Source: Pseudomonadota bacterium (GTDB taxonomy: Bacteria; Bdellovibrionota_B; Oligoflexia; Silvanigrellales; Silvanigrellaceae). From it: DNA of 64,000 nt. The translations under genes and the position numbers were made by a program. Under the pieces are notes generated by a model. The model was not told the origin of the DNA. It did no database searches and worked only from the letters and a program-made list of their open reading frames with translations. The DNA lies in the NCBI GenBank assembly GCA_039799905.1, contig JBDLRP010000021.1:160001-224000 (forward strand), given 5' to 3'. This document shows, piece by piece, positions 27,901 through 36,312 of this stretch. Numbering within the stretch: the first letter of the stretch is position 1; the number at the start of each line of letters is the position of its first letter.

Positions 27901-30190
27901 ATTGAAATATTTCGAACAAAATCCTGATCCCATCTGTCGCGCCTTTGTTTTATTCGTGTGGAGCTACCTCAATGAATTTCCACGCGCGCGCATCAAGGAA
28001 GCACACACCAAACACCAACAAGCTCTCGATCTTTTGGAAAACGCGGGCGAGTCTTTCTATCGTGTGCTGACGATGCAGGGCCTCATTCAGATGGATGAAT
28101 ATGCTCTGGGAAATGGTGAGAGTTATGCTCTCCACTCAAAGTATGCAGAGCTGATTCTTCGGATTAAACAGGCTCCCACAATTCTTGATGCTGTTCTCCG
28201 GCATCTCCTGTTGACAGGGAATACCGCCGACTGCCAAAAATATGAGGCGCTCGTAATACAGGCGGCAACTGCAAACAGATCCGACGGCTTCGATACAGTG
28301 GATGCTTGCTACGCGAAAATCTCTTTGGGGGAAATCAACCTTTTAAGAGAGGATCCAGAGAGGGCACTTCCCTATCTGCAGGACGCATTCGGCAGTATCA
28401 CGAGACATTTTCATCGAATCGTCTATTGCATCTTTGCACCCGTGTTGCTTGCAACTTGCTATATCAGACTCAATCGTCCGATGGCGGCAATTCCTCCACT
28501 GATGCTTGCGTGGGTCAATCAATTGTTCTCTGCGCGGCTGCTGCTTCCAAAGACAATCTTTATTACTGGCGAGATGCTCTATCGCAACGGGTTTCAAGTT
28601 ATAGGCCGTTGGTTAGCCCAAAAGGGGATTGCAAGAGCAGATCAGTTGCACCTTCCTGCCATTTTCTTCGAATTGAGAATGTATCTCGCTCATCTCATTA
28701 TCGATGAAGACCCTGAATATGCACAAGTGTTGTATCGGATGTGCCGCGAATACTACTCGGAAAGGCAGTACGTCTATTTCGTGGATCGCTGCGACCGCGG
28801 AACCGCGCGGACGGAAGAGATCATGGAAACAAAGCAGGAGCGCGTCAGTCTTTCAGGTCAGTCCGGTTCTCATTTGAGCCTGACCGAACTGATGCGGCCC
28901 AAGGTCGAGTTGGAATCACTCTTGCAGATCTTTTTGACTCTCAGCGCTACGACCAACAAAACGCAACTGCTGGAAGCTGCCATCGATGCTATGAACAAAA
29001 TCACCGGCGCCCGATTCGCGGTCCTCTTTCTCCTTGAGGAAAAGCATCTCGTCCCCGTGAGCACACTCGGAATCTCATTGGAGAATCTTAGAATTAGCCT
29101 GAATCCTGCTTTCGGCGTAGACCAATGGTTTCTCGAGAAATGCAACCAAGAGGAAAATCCAGAGCCCACCATAAGACCCAAAGCCTGGCGCACTGCGCAT
29201 TCAGCGTGCGATGGTTCCGTTATGGTCGTTCCATTGATGTTCAAAGAACACGTTTACGGATACTGCTATCTCGCACATCCAGACATTACTGACTACTTCG
29301 ATGCGCGGTCCCAGCAAATCGTTGCCCCGCTCGCATCGCAGGCTGCGATTGCCTACCACAACTTCATCCTCTTCAACTCCAAAGAAGAAAAGGCTCGCAT
29401 CGAAGCGGAACTTGAGGCCGCACGTGCGGTTCAGAATGCATTGCTTCCTGACAACATCATCGCACCAAACACCCTGATATCACATTTTTATGAACCAGCA
29501 TCCGAAACAGGAGGCGATTGGTATCATCATCACTATGACCCCATCCGCAATCGACTTTTCATCCTAGTTGGAGATGTCACAGGACATGGGCTTCCCTCGG
29601 CTCTATTGACAGCTGTCGTCAGCGGGGCGGTTCTATCGCACCTGCAGAAAGAGTCGAAACGCCCACTTGAGCGACTGACGTCAATACAAGAAAGTCTGCA
29701 TGAGCTTTCGAGAATCGCCAACGCTTCAGTTCATATGTCTGGCTCACGGAGTCAGAGGTACATGACAATGGCATTTGCCTGTCTTGATTTAGAATCTGGA
29801 GAATTAGGCCTGATGAGCGCGGGACACGTCCCACCCTTTATCTATTCACACTCGGAAAACTCAGTTACCACGTTGCCGTGCAGCGGATCGCTTCTGGGCT
29901 TCTCAGAAAATCCGAGCTTCGGATATGCGTCCTGTACCCTCAACAGCGGAGACACCGTCTTTTTCTACACGGACGGGCTTCTGGAGAATTCAACCGAAAA
30001 GGGTCCAATGCTTCCCTCACGAATGCTGAGAAAACTGCTCATCCAAAATGACTCACCCCAAATCTGCGTCGAATCAATCTCCCAAATTTTCACACCTGCC
30101 GGAAGAGAGCAGCCGCTCGATGATGATGTCACGGTTTACATGTTTCGCTGGAACGGAAGTGGGACGCGGGTCACTGAAAAAGCAAGCTGA
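24962..30190 (+). CDS. Ser/Thr kinase - STAND/AAA ATPase - TPR-like - GAF - PP2C (SpoIIE-type) phosphatase fusion
   Basis: Kinase: GSGGCG, VALK, HGDIKPTN, DFG, APE. ATPase: GAPSGAGKS, VLDDLQWAD, GNPFY. GAF-like region. Phosphatase: GGDWY, GDVTGHG, YTDGL, DDVT. Confidence 0.9.
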   Translation: MIMQRLQIGQKICAGRFEIESLLGSGGCGEVYLGRDLHSEERKLVALKIYAETLSAGTAILEVNAQIQREASTILRIDSDTIVKGQELVSASEMTILVQEYLSGGSLQDAIRTNLRDFATPEKWLRVAIALADGLAAVHSAGLIHGDIKPTNIGFRDVAHQRIVFHDFGQAALINTRDFLTRTVQAMGTLPYLAPERTGFIKSSRDEQSDLYSLGATLYEMVAGHPPFEEATPAALIEKILNGVASPLCTVVSDFPEPLSDIVLKLLRKNPDERYFSAAGLAHDLKTSLHSIESTNSIASFALGKKDRFRELNNKSTFVGRVSEIGKLSGMLSETISGKGGCAFIGAPSGAGKSSLCRKVAIEAADKNVLTMTGKFSEFERNLPLSGILSVIQAFLTKIKLEPAYVQAEWANKTSTKLGPKLTLLTHRLGFLRDVFAIELDEVHQEFEDEQRAFAESIVELIAEMGTHHDGLMLVLDDLQWADSESMSVVEVITDYARRDVLGKILLLGCYRSNEVNQEHPLQLRVLQYQARQSHFELGPLSEAESDSLIAHLLDETGPEVTKLQNMCYLLTQGNPFYLREYLGFCLAREIYSAGANATNWTFDVAKAQNASLTFGIASLVSERISELNQEAKQLLLVASAVGNEVSLSAIEHLLREKDILTPVLRSLTELADKHLIFFSSDKMTFVHDKVREAAYQIAGHELRKDCHHNYAVWLHKKIYAEKENNPHTTASNEIFELAYHLKNGSPERNPHWARRIFLDSGRMALKVFAFQKALEYSQTAHDLLPKDCSTSAILMNEFIEITEILADARVLNADPVGAVNLYESIIPSVEDKLHKSEILAKVCDCNLTLFRYRDSLASGEQGMRLLGRTIDKSELKAVLVILTLFVPFCVGLVYWRFFGRQREAENSREEQVAFKLIISLQVGLFFSRPLCAVSTQMRYTFAFLRQRPNQQRAIMVSYWAVILATFGLARIADPLFRNALKYFEQNPDPICRAFVLFVWSYLNEFPRARIKEAHTKHQQALDLLENAGESFYRVLTMQGLIQMDEYALGNGESYALHSKYAELILRIKQAPTILDAVLRHLLLTGNTADCQKYEALVIQAATANRSDGFDTVDACYAKISLGEINLLREDPERALPYLQDAFGSITRHFHRIVYCIFAPVLLATCYIRLNRPMAAIPPLMLAWVNQLFSARLLLPKTIFITGEMLYRNGFQVIGRWLAQKGIARADQLHLPAIFFELRMYLAHLIIDEDPEYAQVLYRMCREYYSERQYVYFVDRCDRGTARTEEIMETKQERVSLSGQSGSHLSLTELMRPKVELESLLQIFLTLSATTNKTQLLEAAIDAMNKITGARFAVLFLLEEKHLVPVSTLGISLENLRISLNPAFGVDQWFLEKCNQEENPEPTIRPKAWRTAHSACDGSVMVVPLMFKEHVYGYCYLAHPDITDYFDARSQQIVAPLASQAAIAYHNFILFNSKEEKARIEAELEAARAVQNALLPDNIIAPNTLISHFYEPASETGGDWYHHHYDPIRNRLFILVGDVTGHGLPSALLTAVVSGAVLSHLQKESKRPLERLTSIQESLHELSRIANASVHMSGSRSQRYMTMAFACLDLESGELGLMSAGHVPPFIYSHSENSVTTLPCSGSLLGFSENPSFGYASCTLNSGDTVFFYTDGLLENSTEKGPMLPSRMLRKLLIQNDSPQICVESISQIFTPAGREQPLDDDVTVYMFRWNGSGTRVTEKAS

Positions 30191-30262
30191 ACTTTACAGT
30201 GTCGCCGGCAGACGAAAAGTAATCGAAAGCATGCAGATATGCCGAGCTGCCCGAAGCGTATT

Positions 30263-31270
30263 TTATCTCCTGCCAAGAAGCGCAAGGACAACTGCATGTT
30301 GCTCGGCGGTCAACTCGCCACTTAAAATTGCGGCACGAAGACGCTCAGCGATCTTTTCAGCAGGCACAACATAGGTCAGCAGCGACCAGACTTCCTCATC
30401 GCGACGGGACTGCATCTCTCTGAGATAGCTTGAGCGCTGAACCCGACGCTCCTTTGGAATTGCCCCTGTCCAAACAATGCCGACCAATTTCCCACTCAGA
30501 CGACTGAATACTGCTGAGCCTGAATCACCGTGGGATACGCTACAGCCGGTCGCAAACGACCAAGCTTTGTAATCTGCCGGATTGTAGCGATCGGGATCAG
30601 CCAAAAGACGAAACTCACCGTCACCCGAGATCACACGGCAGTCATCATTCTCGTTGACAACCATCTGCCGTGAGGCATTTCCGGCAATCCCGAATCCCGC
30701 AGTCAGCAAAGGCAAATCAACCGAGACGTTGTCGAGAAAATCAAAATTTCTGCCGACATCTTGCAGATCACGATCGACTAAAGCGTTGCCCTCAAGAGTG
30801 AACAGTGCCAGATCAACCTCAGGCCAGCTGCCGATGAACGCTTTGCAGCGATGACGCTTCTTACGGGCAGTAAAGTTTACACTCCGTCCATCGCACTCCC
30901 AATCCGAACTCATGACGTGGTGGTTGGTAGCCATGACATGCTGTCCAGCAAAGCGGCCAAGGTAAAATGCAGTTGCAGAATTAAAAAATGCAGTTGCATG
31001 GACAGCGCCATAATAGACAGGATCAGTTTCCGGCCGACGTGCAGGATCAACAACCTTTTTTCCCCATTCATCGCCGATCTGATAATCAAGCACTCCAGCA
31101 AATAAAAATCTCTCGACAAGCTTGGAAAGCCGTAGCGGTGAACCAGAACCCAGTTGACGGACAAATTCTGAATTTTCATCAAAGTCAGAAATTGGATCAG
31201 CGTAAACTGAACTTTGACTGAAAAGTATTGTCAGTAAGAAAAAGGTATTCAGAAAATTCTTAAGCTTCAT
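30263..31270 (-). CDS. Secreted trypsin-like serine protease
   Basis: ATNHHV (His), DLALF (Asp), HGDSGS (Ser); signal peptide MKLKNF...SSVYA; ATG at 31270 after GGAGG. Confidence 0.85.
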   Translation of the reverse strand: MKLKNFLNTFFLLTILFSQSSVYADPISDFDENSEFVRQLGSGSPLRLSKLVERFLFAGVLDYQIGDEWGKKVVDPARRPETDPVYYGAVHATAFFNSATAFYLGRFAGQHVMATNHHVMSSDWECDGRSVNFTARKKRHRCKAFIGSWPEVDLALFTLEGNALVDRDLQDVGRNFDFLDNVSVDLPLLTAGFGIAGNASRQMVVNENDDCRVISGDGEFRLLADPDRYNPADYKAWSFATGCSVSHGDSGSAVFSRLSGKLVGIVWTGAIPKERRVQRSSYLREMQSRRDEEVWSLLTYVVPAEKIAERLRAAILSGELTAEQHAVVLALLGRR

Positions 31271-31291
31271 CAACCCTCCGATGAATAACAA

Positions 31292-32434
31292 TCAACGGCA
31301 GGCCAGCGCTCCGAAACTTCCGGACAGCTCAAAATCCATCTTTCCGTCCACCATCTTGCCCTGGTCGCAGCCAAACACGGCGGGTAAAAGATACTTGAAC
31401 TGTTCCTCAAGCTTGCCCTTCAGGGTCAAAGCAAGTTTCAGGTTGACGTCGTTGACAGCCAGAGAATCGGAGATATTCACGCGTCCGGCTACATCAACCC
31501 CAATATCATTTGCAATGAATTTTGTGTCCTGTGTAATCTCAAGCGACTTTTTTGCCAGATTGAGCCTGATCCGCGCGGCCGAGAAATCCTGCTGTGGGAT
31601 CTGTATGCTTTCGTCCCTGAAAGCGAGGTAGGCTTTCACAAGCTTCACATCAATGTTGGCTCGTGCCTTTTCGAATGACTCTCCGGCTGGTGGAAGTTCG
31701 ACAGTTGAGAGACCAGTGAGCTGCCCGCCAATCTCGGTCTTAAGAAATGGCTCGATTGTCTTCAGATTGGGGCTATCCTGTGCTCTGACGTATGCCAATG
31801 CATTAGCGACCAACGACTTGATTTCAAAATTGGTAAAAGTCACTGCAAGCTGACCCGATGGCAAGCGAACGTTTTTTGCTGTCGCCAACTTGAATAGAGA
31901 ATAAAGGCTGTCGCTGACGTTCACATCAAGGCTGCCGCCGGACTGCGTCACCCGCAGGCTCGCATCAATTTTTCCCACAAAAATCGGAAGCACGTTCAAG
32001 GATGCCGCAACTCTGCCGATTTTGACTGTGGCATCGGAATCGGTAACGTTCATTACCTGAATATCCTCAAGTGAGACGCCGACAGGGAACTTGAATTTAA
32101 GACTTGCGACACTGAGCCTGACAGGCATTCTCCGCTGGATGAACAATTCATTTACTTTACTGACTGCGACCTCCTTAACGACGTTTATCGGAAAGGACAG
32201 ATAGAGAAAAAACAAAAAAGAGACGAAACCAACCGCCGCATATATTGCGATCAATTTCGCCCTTTTCGATTTACGGATGCGCAGCTGCGGAAAATCACCA
32301 AAAAGATCTGCTCCGTATTGAGAGCGCGCTGGTGCGGCAATCATGCTGACCGCTTCCTCAGCGATTTCTTTTTGAGCGGCAAGAACCGGAAGATCCTCAA
32401 CCAGCAAACTACCTTTAGGTGGTTGTGTATCCAT
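31292..32434 (-). CDS. gspN: Type II secretion protein N, paralogue 2
   Basis: One TM helix ending FLYLSFP, then an AsmA-like beta region; C-terminal FELSGSFG; follows gspL-gspM. Confidence 0.7.
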   Translation of the reverse strand: MDTQPPKGSLLVEDLPVLAAQKEIAEEAVSMIAAPARSQYGADLFGDFPQLRIRKSKRAKLIAIYAAVGFVSFLFFLYLSFPINVVKEVAVSKVNELFIQRRMPVRLSVASLKFKFPVGVSLEDIQVMNVTDSDATVKIGRVAASLNVLPIFVGKIDASLRVTQSGGSLDVNVSDSLYSLFKLATAKNVRLPSGQLAVTFTNFEIKSLVANALAYVRAQDSPNLKTIEPFLKTEIGGQLTGLSTVELPPAGESFEKARANIDVKLVKAYLAFRDESIQIPQQDFSAARIRLNLAKKSLEITQDTKFIANDIGVDVAGRVNISDSLAVNDVNLKLALTLKGKLEEQFKYLLPAVFGCDQGKMVDGKMDFELSGSFGALACR

Positions 32435-32468
32435 GGAAATCAGCTCCCTTTAGAAAAAAAAATTGTCC

Positions 32469-33674
32469 TTACCGGCAAGACAGAGCTGAAAAATTTCCGG
32501 TGAGTTCAACATCCATTTTTCCATTCACCATCTTTTGCGGATCGCAGCCAATCATTACGAGCAAAAGCGTTTTGAAGTTTTCCTCTATCTTGCCCTTCAT
32601 GAGCATCGACAGGGCCAATTTGACATCGTTGACGGAAAGCGATTCGGAAACGTTCATACTTCCGGAGAGTTCAATTCCGACATCACTTGCCAACAGCTTT
32701 GTTTCATTAGGTATCGTGATTGTCTTTTTTTCCAGCTTCGCCTTGATTCTTGCCTCGTTGAAGTCCTGCCGTGGAATCGCAAAGGTCTCGTCCTTCATCT
32801 CGAAATACGCCTTGCCAATTTTCAGATCCAAATCTCCCTTTGCCAAATTGAACGACTCGCCCGGCGCCGGCAGGTTCAACTGGATCGCCCCGGAAATCTG
32901 GCCGCCCACCTCTGACTCCAGAAATGGCTGTATGGCGACCGCCAATGTGGAGGATAACAGCTGGCTCGCAAATTCTGACATGTTTGCCGAACTGCCGCCG
33001 CGTCCACCGACCGAAGAACCCTCTGGTTTAAGTAGCTCAAGCAGGCTTGTCGTATACTGAAGAATCTCAAAATTGCTGAACGTGATTTTCACATTTCCTG
33101 ATGGAATACGCACATTCTTCTGAGTCATCTTTACCAAGTCGATAATGCTGTCGTGATATAATAGCCCGACGCTGCCGCCAGACTGCGTGACCCTGAAATC
33201 AGCACTCAGCCTGCCAATGAACACGGGCAAAAATTTAACAGTTGCGTCTAGCTTTCCAATTTTAACGACTGCCGCCGCGTTGTTGATGTTGCTCACCTGA
33301 AGATCTTCAAGACTAACCCCAAGCGGAAATCTTACTTTGAGCGAACCCACATTCACCCGAACGGGTACATTTTTCTCCGAAAGAGCCGTGTTAACCTTGG
33401 TGACAATCACTTCTTTAACTACATTCAACGGAAAAGTCAGATAAAGGAACAAGAAGAAAACAACCATTCCAAAGAGAGTCTGCGTCAGAATAATTCTGGT
33501 CCGGTTTAGCTTCTTAATCCGATGGGAAATAGTATCACCCCATGACTCGCTTCCGAACTGCGAGCGCAGCGGAGCCGCAGTGACAGCCATGCTTTCGTCA
33601 ACTGCAGTGTCGTCGGCAGCCAAGACCGGAAGGTCTTCTACCAAAAGACTACTTTTAGGCTGTGTCTTATCCAT
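32469..33674 (-). CDS. gspN: Type II secretion protein N, paralogue 1
   Basis: FLYLTFP TM motif; aligns over its full length with the downstream paralogue. Confidence 0.7.
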   Translation of the reverse strand: MDKTQPKSSLLVEDLPVLAADDTAVDESMAVTAAPLRSQFGSESWGDTISHRIKKLNRTRIILTQTLFGMVVFFLFLYLTFPLNVVKEVIVTKVNTALSEKNVPVRVNVGSLKVRFPLGVSLEDLQVSNINNAAAVVKIGKLDATVKFLPVFIGRLSADFRVTQSGGSVGLLYHDSIIDLVKMTQKNVRIPSGNVKITFSNFEILQYTTSLLELLKPEGSSVGGRGGSSANMSEFASQLLSSTLAVAIQPFLESEVGGQISGAIQLNLPAPGESFNLAKGDLDLKIGKAYFEMKDETFAIPRQDFNEARIKAKLEKKTITIPNETKLLASDVGIELSGSMNVSESLSVNDVKLALSMLMKGKIEENFKTLLLVMIGCDPQKMVNGKMDVELTGNFSALSCR

Positions 33675-33698
33675 GCTGGTTGCGCCCCCGTGCCGTGA

Positions 33699-34373
33699 TC
33701 ATTTTTTGGGTTCGATTCCATCCACCGCGAAGGTCGCATCAAAGAAGAGTTTGTTTTGGTAGAGACCTTTGATGCGAAGATCGCTGACACGCAGCATCTT
33801 GTCGTCCGACTCAATGGCAACCACAAGATCAATGATTTTCTTGAGACTGACGTTTGAGACGCGGAACTCAGATCTCGTTGATTTGTACTTTTCAGCTAGC
33901 GGAGTGCCGCGGATGAAATCTTTCTCATTTGAGCCTTTGTCCGTTTTTGTATTTCCGCTGATTTGGAGATCCAATGATTTAGCTTTGTCCTCAAGCAACG
34001 AGAGTATTTGCAAACTCCCGGTGACATTCGCGATCCTGCGGTCGAGCTCGTCGAACTTCTTCTTCGTGACGGCATATTCAACCTGTTTCGCCCGCAGCTT
34101 GTTCATCGCCTGAAATGAACCGTCAAGTTTTGCCTGCAGATTGCTCAGGGCTGAAAGGTAAATGCCTATAAAGGCAAATACAACGAGTCCAGCAGCAATA
34201 AATGCACCTGCGATGACCGCAGTTCGTCCTTCGGACGGGAGCTTGAAATAGCTGTCCATGAAGTATTCGATGCGCTCATTCTGCTTGCCAAAGATCACTT
34301 CCCTGACAGGAAGAAGCCAACGCGGGACGTCACCTTGTGAATGTTCCTGAACGTCGTTCATCGCTCCGCTCAT
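33699..34373 (-). CDS. gspM: Type II secretion protein M
   Basis: LPSEGR + TM + coiled coil + ferredoxin-like domain (NVSLKKIIDLVVAIE...LRVSDLRIK...FDATF). Confidence 0.75.
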   Translation of the reverse strand: MSGAMNDVQEHSQGDVPRWLLPVREVIFGKQNERIEYFMDSYFKLPSEGRTAVIAGAFIAAGLVVFAFIGIYLSALSNLQAKLDGSFQAMNKLRAKQVEYAVTKKKFDELDRRIANVTGSLQILSLLEDKAKSLDLQISGNTKTDKGSNEKDFIRGTPLAEKYKSTRSEFRVSNVSLKKIIDLVVAIESDDKMLRVSDLRIKGLYQNKLFFDATFAVDGIEPKK

Positions 34374-34374
34374 A

Positions 34375-36072
34375 TCAGTTTTCCTCTTTGATCGTTGCTG
34401 TCATGCTGAATTTTACTTTATCTGAACCCGGAATTCGCTCAGGGTTGTTCAGTTTGATGCTCTGAAAACTACCGATTCCCCGAATGATCGTGCCGATCCG
34501 TTCTGCAGTCGCCAGGTCGACGGTTTCGCCCTCAATGTCTGCAGTTCCATTTGCGTGGACGTGGAAGTTTGTTATGTCGAGGGTTGTCTTTTTGTCGATT
34601 GCCTGAGAGACGTCCCGCAGGACCTTAAGCGGCACTGCGCTGCGCAAACCCAGGAAATTGTCAATCGCCGCCTTTTTTGACCGCAGGTCTTCGTCCATAA
34701 TTTTGAATGCGCGGTTTGAGTAATTTGTCAGGTCCCAGCTTGACTGACTTGCAATGTTTTTTAATTCTTTCGGCTCGGCTCCAAGTGTCTGTTTGATTTC
34801 AGTTTGGAACTGCTTCTTCAAAGTATCTATTTGGTCTGTGTACAGCCACCAGCGAAGAGCATAACTTCCCATAAGACAAGCAACCAGTCCGAAAGCAAGC
34901 AAAGAGATATTAGATATCTGCTTGAAGACTGCATCGTAACTACCAACGAGCGCCAGCTCACCCTTGCGCAAGTTAATTTGCGAATGGTGCTTTCCAGGCA
35001 CTCCACGCAGCGCGATTGCAAGTGCCTGTGATAGAATTGGGGCTTTGTCATCGTCTCCGTCATCAAGCCGCAGTCTTGTTTCATCGAAGGTCATCAATTT
35101 TATCGGAATCTCAATTGAATCTTCCAAAAATTGCGTGATGTTTCTGATACAGGCCGTGCCGCCCGTCACAATGATTTGCGACGGTACGAGTCTTTCTTGT
35201 GCTTTGAAGGAGTGAAGTGTTCGGATGATTTCTTTGACAAGATCGGTTGCGGCAAGACCCATTTGATATGCAACGTTGAATTCACGTTCATATCCGGCCG
35301 CCGGCTTTGCATCGGGTTTGTATTCCAGATAGCTAACCGCATGCTTGAGACGCTGGGCTTCACCATAAGTCACACCCAGTCCTTTTGACAGCATCTCAGT
35401 GATGTAGCGGCCACCCATTCGAATGGTCCGCGCGGTAACAAACTTATTGTTGTTGATGAGAATCATCGCAGTCTTTAGATGGCCAATGTCAAGAATCAAC
35501 TTGCACTTGTCACCCGGATCCCAAACCGGATTGCGCAAATCCGCCGGGCCGTATGAGCGCTGTTCAGATGCTTTCAGGAACGGGAACAGGTTTATAAAAG
35601 TCAGGTAGTCGACATCAATGACTTTGGGTTCGATTTCCAAATCCTTCAGACCGGACAGAAAAGCCTCGATACTCTCCTTGCGGCACATTGCTGTCAGCAC
35701 GCTTGTCGTGCCGCCGCTCGTGTCAATGATCTGCTGATCAATGATCGTTTCTTCCAGACTGAAGGGTGCGTTCGTTTCAAGTTCGTTCTGAACAACAAGC
35801 GGCACATCTCTTTTTTTGACATTCTGAAAAACAAAGGTGCGCGTCGAGACCATGAGTCCGTTCATTGCCGTATACGTTCGGTCGAACTCGATCGAATTTT
35901 CGGTCAGCAGTTGGCGGATGGCGGTATATTCGACCAATTCCTGATCGAGGCCGTCGATTTCCGGCACTGCAACTTCGTAGAAACGCTCTACTCTGTAGGC
36001 ATTAAACGTCTGTGTAATCTCAACTGCCTTGATACTATAGCTGCCAAAATCGAGCCCTAGAATTTTCTGCAT
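34375..36072 (-). CDS. gspL: GspL / PilM-PilN-like fusion (actin-like cytoplasmic domain, TM, periplasmic domain)
   Basis: LGLDFGSYSIKAVE, LDIGHLKT, GGRYIT, VTGGTA, INLRKGE, TM, PilN-like C-terminus. Confidence 0.82.
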   Translation of the reverse strand: MQKILGLDFGSYSIKAVEITQTFNAYRVERFYEVAVPEIDGLDQELVEYTAIRQLLTENSIEFDRTYTAMNGLMVSTRTFVFQNVKKRDVPLVVQNELETNAPFSLEETIIDQQIIDTSGGTTSVLTAMCRKESIEAFLSGLKDLEIEPKVIDVDYLTFINLFPFLKASEQRSYGPADLRNPVWDPGDKCKLILDIGHLKTAMILINNNKFVTARTIRMGGRYITEMLSKGLGVTYGEAQRLKHAVSYLEYKPDAKPAAGYEREFNVAYQMGLAATDLVKEIIRTLHSFKAQERLVPSQIIVTGGTACIRNITQFLEDSIEIPIKLMTFDETRLRLDDGDDDKAPILSQALAIALRGVPGKHHSQINLRKGELALVGSYDAVFKQISNISLLAFGLVACLMGSYALRWWLYTDQIDTLKKQFQTEIKQTLGAEPKELKNIASQSSWDLTNYSNRAFKIMDEDLRSKKAAIDNFLGLRSAVPLKVLRDVSQAIDKKTTLDITNFHVHANGTADIEGETVDLATAERIGTIIRGIGSFQSIKLNNPERIPGSDKVKFSMTATIKEEN

Positions 36073-36076
36073 GACT

Positions 36077-36122
36077 TAACTGCGCTCCTCTCATGCCGTG
36101 AGAGAGCCCCCGCCTAGGGGGC
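36077..36122 (-). promoter_or_regulatory. Two adjacent hairpins in the gspL leader, the second overlapping the SD
   Basis: Minus strand GCCCCC-TAGGC-GGGGGC, then CTCTCA-CGGCA-TGAGAG, whose 3' arm runs into GAGGAG. Confidence 0.4.
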
Positions 36123-36312
36123 GATCCGACACCGCTGGACCTCTTGAGTGTAACTGATTGGCTCCCCGACCTCTGATGCCAATTCAATGGCAACCGAGAT
36201 CGAGGACAGCGACAAAGGAACAACCCATGTCAACCCAACGGGCTGTCAATTCGCCTCTCATATTGATAGTCTGCATCTGTCGGTGTTTTGAATGCAAGGA
36301 GAATGCGTCTCG

